64,000 bases of DNA from Terracoccus sp. (GTDB lineage Bacteria; Actinomycetota; Actinomycetes; Actinomycetales; Dermatophilaceae), in the NCBI GenBank assembly GCA_039928615.1, contig JBDSSS010000044.1, forward strand, positions 3,695-67,694, given 5' to 3'. The first letter of the stretch is position 1. Each line of letters opens with the position of its first letter. Shown piece after piece: positions 7,801 through 15,681 of this stretch. A program made the translations under genes and the position numbers. The notes under the pieces were generated by a model. That model saw nothing but the letters and a program-made list of their open reading frames with translations. It did no database searches and was not told the DNA's origin.

Positions 7801-10066
7801 CGTCGAGGGCCTCCTTGATCCGGGCGACCACCGCCTTCTGACGGGTCGAGCGCTTGTCCCTGCCGGGCCCGGTGTCGGGGAACGCGTCCGGGTCGAAGCG
7901 CGCCTCGAAGAGCTCGACGAGACTGCGTGCGATGCCGGAGTGCGTGACGAGCGCGGACTCGACGTAGTCCTGCGAGAACGTCGAGCCGCTCTGGCGCAGG
8001 TACTTCGCGACGGTCCGCAGCACGACGACCTGACGCCAGGTCAGCCCGGCAGACAGCACGAGCGCGTTGAAGCCGTCGGACTCGGCGGCGCCGTCCCACA
8101 CCGCGCGGAAGGCGTCCTCGAAGCGGGTGCGGACGTCATCCGCCCCGGCGCCGGAGCCCCACGCCTCGGCGTCGGCACGGAGGCCGAAGTCGTAGATGTG
8201 GAGCAGGTCCTCGGGACCGGTGCGCACCTCGTAGGGCCGCTCGTCGGTCACCTCCACACCGAGGTGGGTGAAGAGCGGGAGCACCTCGGTCAGCGACAGG
8301 TCAGCGTGGCGGTAGAGCTTGAACCGTCGCTCTCCCGCCTGCTCCGAGGCAGCGTCCTCGTAGAGGTGCAGCGCGGTGGCCACGCCGTCACGGTCGAGCG
8401 CGTCGATGCGGTCGAGGTCAGCGGCCGCGGTCGCGACGTCGAAGTCCTCCTTGTAGGCCTCGGGCAGGACCTTCGCGTAGGCGACCATCGCGCGCGCCGC
8501 GCCCTCGGCCCCCCGCGTGACGCTGAGCACCTCGGAGAGGTCCTCGTCCCACGTCCGCGCCGCGTCGATGATCCGCTGCTCGAGATCGGCGGCGTCCACC
8601 TCGGGGATGTCGACGCCGCTCGGCATCCGCACGACGAAGTGCAGCCGCGCGAGCACGGACTCGCTGACCCGCGTCGTGTTGTCGATGTTGGCGCCGCCGA
8701 AGGCGTCGAGCAGGATCGCCTCGATGCGCAGCCGGACCGTCGTGTTGTAGCGGTCCCGCGGCAGGTAGACCAGGCACGACATGAACCGACCGAACTCGTC
8801 GCGACGCAGGAAGAGCTTGGTCTTGCGCCGCTCCTGCAGGTGCAGGACGCTCGTCGCCACCTCGGCCAGCTGCTCCGCGCTCGTCTGGAAGAGCTCGTCG
8901 CGGGGGTAGGTCTCGAGGATCTGGAGGATGTCCTTGCCCGAGTGGCTCTCGGGGCTGAGGCCGGTGAGCTGGAGCACCTCCTGGGCCCGGACGTCGACGA
9001 GCGGGATGTCGCTGATGGCGTCGTTGTAGGCGGCGGAGGCGTAGAGGCCGAGGAAGCGCTGCTCGCCTACGCACTCCCCCCGGGCGTCGAAGGTCTTGAT
9101 CGAGATGTAGTCGAGGTAGACGTCGCGGTGGACCGTCGCACGCGAGTTGGCCTTGGTGATGATGAGGATCGTCGCGTCGCGAGCCGCTCGGCTCGCGGCG
9201 GGCGTGAGGATGAGGCCGTTGCGCGCCTCGGCGCGGTCGTAGCGCAACAGACCGAGACCGGTCCCCGGCACCTGGCGTGAGACGTCCTTGCCCCGCTCGT
9301 GCGTGAGGGAGTACTCCCGGTAGCCGAGGAAGGTGAAGTTGTTGCTCGCCAGCCACTCGAGGAACCGGCCCGCCTCGCGCGCCTGGTGGGGGTCCGTGCC
9401 GGGGGGCGCCGTGCGCTTCAGGGTGGTGGCGATCGTCAGGGCGTGCGCCCGCATCTTCGGCCAGTCCTCGACGGCGTCGCGGACGTTCTCCAGCACCTGG
9501 TGCAGCCGCGCCACCACGTCGGGCAGCGACGCGTCGGGCAGGCGGTCGATCTCGAGGTGCATCCACGACTCGCGCACGTGGCCGACGACTCCGCGACGGG
9601 TCCGCTCGTCGTCGGCGGCGATGCCGGCCAGGGTGCCCGTCACCGATCGGGTCACCGTGATCTGCGGGTGGATGATGAGGTGGACCCCGCGGTCGAAGCC
9701 GCCGAGGGCCGCCACGACGGAGTCGACGAGGAAGGGCATGTCGTCGACGACGATCTGCACGACGGTGTGGGGTGAGTCCCAGCCGTCGTCGTCCATCGAC
9801 GGGTTGAAGGCCCGCACGATGTTCGTCCCGACCGGACGCTCCTTGGCGAAGGCCTTGTGGCCCAAGGCGATCGCGGCGAGCTCATCGGCGTCACGGGCGA
9901 TCAGGTCCTCGGTCGCGACGAGCCTGAAGTAGGACGTGAGCAGTCCCCGGGCCTCCGCGGTCGCCGCCTTCGACGGGCCACGGCTGCCCTGCCCCCGGGC
10001 AGGACCCGAGGAGTCGGCAGCGGCCTTCAGGACGGCGGTTCGAGACTGTTCGAGAGACGCAGACAT
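4865..10066 (-). CDS. gdh: Large (about 180-kDa class) NAD-specific glutamate dehydrogenase with an extra Lys-rich repeat tail
   Basis: This is a 1733-aa ORF with the typical large-GDH core (…[39 protein letters not shown]…[15 protein letters not shown]…). The C-terminal 83 aa are [15 protein letters not shown] repeats. Confidence 0.93.
   Translation of the reverse strand: [1733 protein letters not shown]
4931..5113. repeat. 15-bp-periodic tandem repeat array inside the 3' end of gdh
   Basis: The plus strand reads ggtcttcttcgtcgc / ggccttcttcgtcgc / ggtcttcttcgccac repeated about 11 times, with one interruption near 5011-5030. Confidence 0.9.
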
Positions 10067-10220
10067 GCGGTTGTGGATTCCTCACCAGTGGGCCCGTGCG
10101 CGCCACCGCGTCGTGACGCACATCTCACGATGTGAGCCTATCGCCATCACACCCCGGGCCCGCACCCCCGTCGGTGGAGAACTCGCCGGGACGGCGTCCG
10201 TGCCTGCCTAGAGTGGCCCC

Positions 10221-10529
10221 ATGACCGACCGGATCCCCGCCGCGGCCCCGGGCGCGTCGGTGACGATGCGCGGGCTGGCCCGGGCCCGCACCGGCACCGG
10301 GGAGATGGGGCACGAGCTGCTCACCCACCTGCCCGAGCTCGGCGACCCCGACACCCAACGCGAGCTGGACGGCTGGGTCGAGCAGGCCGCGGACACTCTG
10401 CAGGCAGTGTCGTCCGCGATCGAGCAGCGGCTCCTCGAGCTGGGTCGCGGCGCCGTCGCCGCAGAGGGAGCCGGCGGAGGTCTCACGGGCCCGACCCGGC
10501 CGGCGTCGGCCGAGGAGCGACGCCCGTGA
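10221..10529 (+). CDS. Hypothetical protein (102 aa)
   Basis: GC3 is very high in this frame. The stop overlaps the next start (GTGA at 10526-10529). I recognise no motif. Confidence 0.55.
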   Translation: MTDRIPAAAPGASVTMRGLARARTGTGEMGHELLTHLPELGDPDTQRELDGWVEQAADTLQAVSSAIEQRLLELGRGAVAAEGAGGGLTGPTRPASAEERRP

Positions 10530-11062
10530 CCTGGCCCGACCCCGGCAGCGTGTCGGCCCTCGGCGGCGTCCTGCGCACGCAGGCCCTTCGTCTGGCCGAC
10601 CACGAGGACAGGCTCGAGGTGACGGCCCGCCGCGCGGTCCGATACGGCGCCGTCGACCCCACCCTCGCCGAGCGCGCCCTGCTCCGCGAGACGGCGGTCG
10701 AGCTCGACCGCATCGGGGCGGCGCTGCAGGCCTGGACCGCCGACACGACCGAGGACAGCGCCCGACTGCGCGTGCTCGCACACGAGGCCGCCCGCTCGGA
10801 GCTGCGGGTCGAGGGGCACCTCGTCGTCGAGACCCCTGCCCCGAGCCGGGTCGACCCGACGGTCCGGCTGCGCGAGACAGCCCGCCTGCAGGAGCGGCTC
10901 AACCGCCTCACGGCGTCCCGGACCCGGGGGCTGGGGCGGCTGCGACGCGAGCTCGAGTCCTCGGCCGTGGCCCTCCAGCGGCTGACCACCCGGGCGCGCA
11001 CCGCGTCCTGGGGCGCCGACCCCGCCACCGGGCGTCCGCGTGTTCTCGACGAGGTGGAATAG
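10526..11062 (+). CDS. Hypothetical helical/coiled-coil-like protein (178 aa)
   Basis: GTG start coupled to the upstream ORF. The sequence is Arg/Leu/Glu-rich and helical in character. There is no recognisable motif. Confidence 0.55.
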   Translation: MTWPDPGSVSALGGVLRTQALRLADHEDRLEVTARRAVRYGAVDPTLAERALLRETAVELDRIGAALQAWTADTTEDSARLRVLAHEAARSELRVEGHLVVETPAPSRVDPTVRLRETARLQERLNRLTASRTRGLGRLRRELESSAVALQRLTTRARTASWGADPATGRPRVLDEVE

Positions 11063-11072
11063 CGTGTCCACC

Positions 11073-11570
11073 ATGAGGATCACCGAGAAGATCGACTACC
11101 CGGCCGGCCCCGCCACGGTGTTCGCCATGCTCACCACCGAGGCCTTCCAGGAGCGCAAGTGCGCCGAGGCCGGAGCCCTGAGCCACGGCGTCGACATCAC
11201 CGAGACCGGTGGCGGTGCGCGGATCATCACCAACCGCGACCTGCCCACCGACGGCCTGCCCGACTTCGCCAAGTCGATGGTCGGCAACCGTCTGGCGATC
11301 ACCGAGACCTACGTCTGGGCCGCCGAGAGCGGCGACGGCACCCGTCCCGGGACCCTCACCGTCGAGGTCGCGGGCGCGCCGGTGGCCCTGCACGCCACGG
11401 TGCGGATGGCTCCCGGTGGCTCGGGCACCACGATCGCGATCGACGGCGACCTCAAGGCCTCCATCCCGCTCTTCGGGGGCAAGGTCGAGAAGGCCTCCGC
11501 ACCCGCGGTCATCGACGCCATCCGCGGTGAGCAGCGCACCGGCACCGCGTGGCTCACCGAGAACGCCTGA
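11073..11570 (+). CDS. DUF2505/SRPBCC-like protein
   Basis: The translation MRITEKIDYPAGPATVFAMLTTEAFQERKC...LKASIPLFGGKVEKASAPAVIDAIRGEQRTGTAWL matches the pattern of the actinobacterial DUF2505 family (recalled). The ATG at 11073 is 11 nt after the previous stop. Confidence 0.65.
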   Translation: MRITEKIDYPAGPATVFAMLTTEAFQERKCAEAGALSHGVDITETGGGARIITNRDLPTDGLPDFAKSMVGNRLAITETYVWAAESGDGTRPGTLTVEVAGAPVALHATVRMAPGGSGTTIAIDGDLKASIPLFGGKVEKASAPAVIDAIRGEQRTGTAWLTENA

Positions 11571-11590
11571 GTCCCCACCCCTTCACAGAC

Positions 11591-11626
11591 GTATGCCGCC
11601 GAGCTCACGAGCTCGGCGGCATACCT
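11591..11626. terminator. Long perfect palindrome (GTATGCCGCCGAGCTC..GAGCTCGGCGGCATAC) between convergent genes
   Basis: About a 15-bp stem with a 4-nt loop. It lies between the stop at 11570 (+) and pruA (stop at 11726, -). Confidence 0.6.
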
Positions 11627-11725
11627 CTGTCCTCGCGTCCTGGGTCAGCCCATCACCCTGCGGGCTGACCCCACGAACGCTCCGGTCCTGCCTCGCTGGC
11701 GCTCGGTCGATCCTCGCGTCCTGGG

Positions 11726-13360
11726 TCAGCCCATGTGCGGGTAGGCGTGGGTCTTCGGCGGCACGAACGTCTCCTTGATCGAGCGCACGCTCGTCCAGCG
11801 AAGCAGGTTCTGCGCGGCGCCCGCCTTGTCGTTGGTGCCCGAGGCGCGGCCGCCACCGAAGGGCTGCTGCCCGACGACGGCGCCGGTCGGCTTGTCGTTG
11901 ATGTAGAAGTTGCCGGCCGCGAAGCGCAGCCGCTTCGTGGCGTCGGCGATGACCCGGCGGTCCTGGGAGATGATCGAGCCGGTCAGCCCGAACGGCGCGA
12001 ACCGCTCCATCTGGTCGAGCACCTGGTCGTACTGCGCGTCCGGGTAGACGTGGACCGACAGGATCGGGCCGAAGTACTCGGTCTTGAACGACTCGTCCGT
12101 CGCGTCCTCGATCTCGAGGACGGTGGGCCGCACGAAGTAGCCGACCGAGTCGTCGTAGGTCCCGCCCGCGACGACGTCGATGCCCTTCGTCGCGTGGGCC
12201 CGGTCGATCGCTGCCTTGTGCTTGGCGAAGGAACGGTCGTCGATGACGGCGCCCATGAAGTTGGACAGGTCGGTGACGTCACCCTGGGTGAGTGCGTTGG
12301 TGATGTCGACGAGGTCACCCTTGATCCGCTTCCACAGCGACGCGGGGACGTAGGCGCGTGAGGCGGCCGAGCACTTCTGCCCCTGGAACTCGAACGCGCC
12401 GCGGATCATCGCGGTGCGCAGCACGTCGGGGTCGGCGGTCGGGTGGGCGAGGATGAAGTCCTTGCCCCCGGTCTCGCCGACGAGGCGGGGGTAGGTCCGG
12501 TAGCGCTGGAGGTTCGCCCCGACTTCCGACCACAGGTGCTGGAAGGTCGGCGTCGAGCCGGTGAAGTGGATGCCCGCGAGGTCCTCGTCAGCAAGTGCGG
12601 CCTTCGACACGTTGATGCCGTCACCGGTCACCATGTTGATGACCCCCGGCGGCATCCCCGCCTCCTCGAGCAGTTCCATCGTCAGCTGTGCGGCGAACTG
12701 CTGCGTCGGCGACGGCTTCCACACGACGGTGTTGCCCATCAGCGCGGGAGCGGTGGGGAGGTTGCCGGCGATGGCGGTGAAGTTGAACGGGGTGATCGCG
12801 TAGACGAAGCCCTCGAGCGAGCGGTAGTCGGAGCGGTTCCAGATGCCCTTCGCGTTGAGCGGGGGCTGCTCCTGCAGGATGCCGCGGGCGAAGTGGACGT
12901 TGAGCCGCCAGAAGTCGATGAGCTCGCACGCCGCGTCGATCTCGGCCTGGTATGCCGTCTTGCTCTGGCCCAGCATCGTCGCGGCGTTGAGACGGGCCCG
13001 CCACGGGCCGGCGAGCAGCTCGGCAGCCTTGAGCAGGATCGCGGCGCGGTCGTCGAAGTCGAGCTCGCGCCACATCGGGGCGGCCGCCTTCGCCGCATCC
13101 ACCGCGGCCTGGCCCTCCTTGACGGTGGCGTCGCGCAGCGTGCCGAGCACCTTGCGGTGGGCGTGCGGCTGGCGGACGTCGATCGTGCGGCCGGTGCCGG
13201 TGACGCGCTCCCCGGCGATGGTGTGGGGCAGCTCGACGGGGGCGCTGCCGAGCTCGACGAGGGCCACCTCGAGGGCGGCGCGCTCCGGGGAGCCGGGGGC
13301 GTAGTCGAGCACCGGCTCGTTGACCGGGGCGGGGACGTGGGTCACTGCATCCATCGACAT
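11726..13360 (-). CDS. pruA: L-glutamate gamma-semialdehyde (1-pyrroline-5-carboxylate) dehydrogenase
   Basis: A 544-aa aldehyde dehydrogenase with the long P5CDH-type N-terminus (…NEPVLDYAPGSPERAALEVAL…) and the catalytic region FEFQGQKCSAASR. An AGGAG SD sits upstream of the ATG at 13360. Confidence 0.9.
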   Translation of the reverse strand: MSMDAVTHVPAPVNEPVLDYAPGSPERAALEVALVELGSAPVELPHTIAGERVTGTGRTIDVRQPHAHRKVLGTLRDATVKEGQAAVDAAKAAAPMWRELDFDDRAAILLKAAELLAGPWRARLNAATMLGQSKTAYQAEIDAACELIDFWRLNVHFARGILQEQPPLNAKGIWNRSDYRSLEGFVYAITPFNFTAIAGNLPTAPALMGNTVVWKPSPTQQFAAQLTMELLEEAGMPPGVINMVTGDGINVSKAALADEDLAGIHFTGSTPTFQHLWSEVGANLQRYRTYPRLVGETGGKDFILAHPTADPDVLRTAMIRGAFEFQGQKCSAASRAYVPASLWKRIKGDLVDITNALTQGDVTDLSNFMGAVIDDRSFAKHKAAIDRAHATKGIDVVAGGTYDDSVGYFVRPTVLEIEDATDESFKTEYFGPILSVHVYPDAQYDQVLDQMERFAPFGLTGSIISQDRRVIADATKRLRFAAGNFYINDKPTGAVVGQQPFGGGRASGTNDKAGAAQNLLRWTSVRSIKETFVPPKTHAYPHMG

Positions 13361-13368
13361 CTCCTAGG

Positions 13369-13406
13369 GATGGGGGCGTCGCCTGGTGGGCGCGATCGCC
13401 CCCATC
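13369..13406 (-). terminator. Hairpin (10-bp stem GATGGGGGCG/CGCCCCCATC, 18-nt loop) between the DUF4870 gene and pruA
   Basis: Inverted repeat read directly. It could terminate the upstream gene or act as a leader structure of pruA. Confidence 0.35.
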
Positions 13407-13426
13407 GTTCCACGTCCTCGCTGCGC

Positions 13427-13873
13427 TCAGGAAAGGACGGTGATGCCCCAGGGGTAGCGGTAGCCCTCGCCGCGGTTGGCGGCCATCGCCGCACGGACGT
13501 GGAACCACACCGCCGCGACGAAGGCCACGCCCCAGAGGACGAGAGCGACGGGGATGGCGATGATCGTGAAGAAGCAGACCCAGCCGACGAGGGTGATCGC
13601 CCAGATCATGAGGTTGAAGTTGAAGGCGCCGGCCGCGGCCTGGCGGATGAAGGGGCTGCGGTCCTTGTGGATCGCCCAGATGACGAGCGGGCCGACGATC
13701 GAGAGCCAGCCGGCGGACAGGACCGCGGCGGCGAGCGTCGAGACGTGGGCGACGATGGCCCACGTGCGCTCGTCCGCGCTCGTCGTCGTCGGCAGGGAAG
13801 CGTCGTGTCGAGGGGTGGGGTTCGGGGTCGCGTTCATGTCTCCATCGTCCTCGCCGCCGGGTCGGGGCACCAT
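13427..13873 (-). CDS. DUF4870-type small membrane protein
   Basis: The segment ERTWAIVAHVSTLAAAVLSAGWLSIVGPLVIWAIHKDRSPFIRQAAAGAFNFNLMIW... is the typical DUF4870 pattern, with 3-4 TM helices. An alternative start (MNATP) lies at 13837. Confidence 0.68.
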   Translation of the reverse strand: MVPRPGGEDDGDMNATPNPTPRHDASLPTTTSADERTWAIVAHVSTLAAAVLSAGWLSIVGPLVIWAIHKDRSPFIRQAAAGAFNFNLMIWAITLVGWVCFFTIIAIPVALVLWGVAFVAAVWFHVRAAMAANRGEGYRYPWGITVLS

Positions 13874-13899
13874 GGTGGTCCGCCCTGACCCGACCCTGA

Positions 13900-14601
13900 T
13901 CAGACCCTGACCGGCTCGTCGACCTCGAGCGAGCAGACCGCACTGGTCGGGTCGTCGATGCCCAGGGTGCGGAAGAGCTCCAGGGCGAGGGCCACGTGTC
14001 CGTCGGCGCTGGGGTGCACGTCGTCGTCCAGCCAGCCGTCGGGTGCGACGTCGTCGGGACCGGCGGACCGGGCCCAGCGGGCCGTGTGGTCGACGAGGAC
14101 GACTCCGAGGTCGGCAGCGACGGTGCGGACCTGGGCGGCATACGCCTCGAGCTGCTCGGGCGTGCGTGACCCGGCCGCCCGGACCGGGGGCGGGGTCTGC
14201 AGGACGACGGTCGCACCCACGTCGCGGGACCGCTGGACGATCTGGTCGAGGCGGTAGCGGTAGCCCCGCACCCCGTCCGGTCCCTCGAGCATGTCGTTGG
14301 TGCCGAACATGACGAGCACGACGTCGGGAGCGAACCGACTCGCGCGCCAGTGGAACTCGGGCAGGAGACTGTCGGTCGTGCTCCCGGACACCCCGGAGTT
14401 GACGACGGCGTCGCCCAGCCTGCCGAGTTCGCCCCGCACCCGCTCGGCGAAGTGCTCGACGAAGCCGCGCCGACCCCGGGTGTGCGCCACGCCCTGCGTG
14501 ATGCTGTCCCCGAGGAACGCCCAGGTGACCGGTGGACCGGCGAGCACCTCGCGCAGTCGCTCGGCGTCCCGGCGGGCGTACTCGTCAGCGGTGTAGTCCA
14601 T
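13900..14601 (-). CDS. SGNH/GDSL-family hydrolase
   Basis: The sequence MDYTADEY...WAFLGDSITQG (block I), NSGVSGSTT (block II), VMFGTNDM (block III) and DDVHPSADGH (block V) carries the four SGNH blocks. The ATG at 14601 was chosen because the upstream part of the ORF is Arg/Gly junk. Confidence 0.8.
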   Translation of the reverse strand: MDYTADEYARRDAERLREVLAGPPVTWAFLGDSITQGVAHTRGRRGFVEHFAERVRGELGRLGDAVVNSGVSGSTTDSLLPEFHWRASRFAPDVVLVMFGTNDMLEGPDGVRGYRYRLDQIVQRSRDVGATVVLQTPPPVRAAGSRTPEQLEAYAAQVRTVAADLGVVLVDHTARWARSAGPDDVAPDGWLDDDVHPSADGHVALALELFRTLGIDDPTSAVCSLEVDEPVRV

Positions 14602-14672
14602 CAGCGCAACGTAACAACCCCGCTGCCCGCCGTGACCCCCCAAGACCAGTGGGTGGGACGCCCGCAGCGGCC

Positions 14673-15221
14673 TCAGCACACATCGGGCTCGTGCCAACGG
14701 CGCAGGACCGCGGCCCAGACCGCGGCGCTGTCCGGGACGACCGCGCCGGGGGTCGTCCCGAGGATCCGGACGAGGCGCTCCACCGTCACCCACTCCCCTC
14801 CGGCCACCTCCTCGGGCTGCCACACGATCGGCCCGTCCCACCTCACGGTGTAACGGTGGGCGTGGTAGCGCGTGTGCGCGTCGGCGTAGGCGACCGACCC
14901 GAGCGGCACCAGGGGCCGGCCGTGCACGCCGAGCTCCTCCCGGACCTCGCGGACCGCCCCGTCGGCCGGGTCCTCGCCCGCGAGCACGACGCCCCCGGCG
15001 GCGAGGTCGAGCAGCCCGGGGTAGACGTCCTTGACCGCCGTCCGCCGGTGCAGGTAGACCCGTCCGGCCTCGTCACGGACGACGACGGACGATGCGGCGT
15101 GCCAGAGGTTCTCGGTGCGCACCCGCGACCGGGGGGCGCTGCCCACGACGCGGCCGGCCTCGTCGTAGAGAGCCACGACCTCGTCGAGGGGCCCGGTCGG
15201 CCCCGCGCTGGTGTCGGTCAC
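14673..15221 (-). CDS. NUDIX hydrolase
   Basis: A Nudix box is present: GGVVLAGEDPADGAVREVREELGV. The GTG start at 15221 lies 8 nt downstream of the preceding stop. The start is uncertain. Confidence 0.75.
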   Translation of the reverse strand: MTDTSAGPTGPLDEVVALYDEAGRVVGSAPRSRVRTENLWHAASSVVVRDEAGRVYLHRRTAVKDVYPGLLDLAAGGVVLAGEDPADGAVREVREELGVHGRPLVPLGSVAYADAHTRYHAHRYTVRWDGPIVWQPEEVAGGEWVTVERLVRILGTTPGAVVPDSAAVWAAVLRRWHEPDVC

Positions 15222-15228
15222 GCTGGCC

Positions 15229-15681
15229 TCAGGCCACGAAGCCGCGCACGTCGTCGAGCTCGGTGACGTCATACCAGAGCATCTCGTCGGCCTCGTCACC
15301 CACCGCGTCCTCGTCCTCGACGTGGAAGGAGGCGATCCGACGCAGCGGGACGGGGCTCGTCAGGGCGACCGCCGAGATGGCTCCGCCCCCCTCCGGCGCG
15401 TCCGCCGGGACCGGTGAGACCGCCGACGGGTCGACGTCCGCGGCCGTGACGACCCGCCGACCGCCCGACGCGGAGCGCAGCCCGCCGGCAGCTGCGACGG
15501 CATCGCAGAAGGCGGAGTACTCGAGGTCCTCGACGTCGAGGCCCGGGGCGGCGCGCTCGAGGGCCGGCGTCACGGCATACGCGATGCGTGGCGTGCCTCC
15601 TTCGGCCGCAAGGGAACCCGTCGAGGCCAGCTGATCGAGGTCGGCCCCGCCCACGGGCACGTAGATGCGGACGACCGGCAT
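15229..15681 (-). CDS. Conserved hypothetical acidic protein (150 aa)
   Basis: The start overlaps the WS/DGAT stop by 1 nt (TGATG). GC3 is high. There is no recognisable catalytic motif. Confidence 0.55.
   Translation of the reverse strand: MPVVRIYVPVGGADLDQLASTGSLAAEGGTPRIAYAVTPALERAAPGLDVEDLEYSAFCDAVAAAGGLRSASGGRRVVTAADVDPSAVSPVPADAPEGGGAISAVALTSPVPLRRIASFHVEDEDAVGDEADEMLWYDVTELDDVRGFVA

Noticed and set aside
3377-9280. Very long alternative-frame and antisense ORFs in the track. Examples are 3377-6178 (+, 933 aa), 6290-9280 (+, 996 aa), 46707-49988 (+, 1093 aa), 35779-39207 (+), 57493-58992 (+), 58843-60345 (-) and many Arg/Pro/Gly-rich ORFs of 100-700 aa.
   Set aside because: They lie opposite to or out of frame with genes that have clear family motifs. 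Their translations are low-complexity Arg/Gly/Pro/Ala strings, typical of stop-poor non-coding frames in DNA of about 70% GC. They also lack the GC3 pattern of the real frame.
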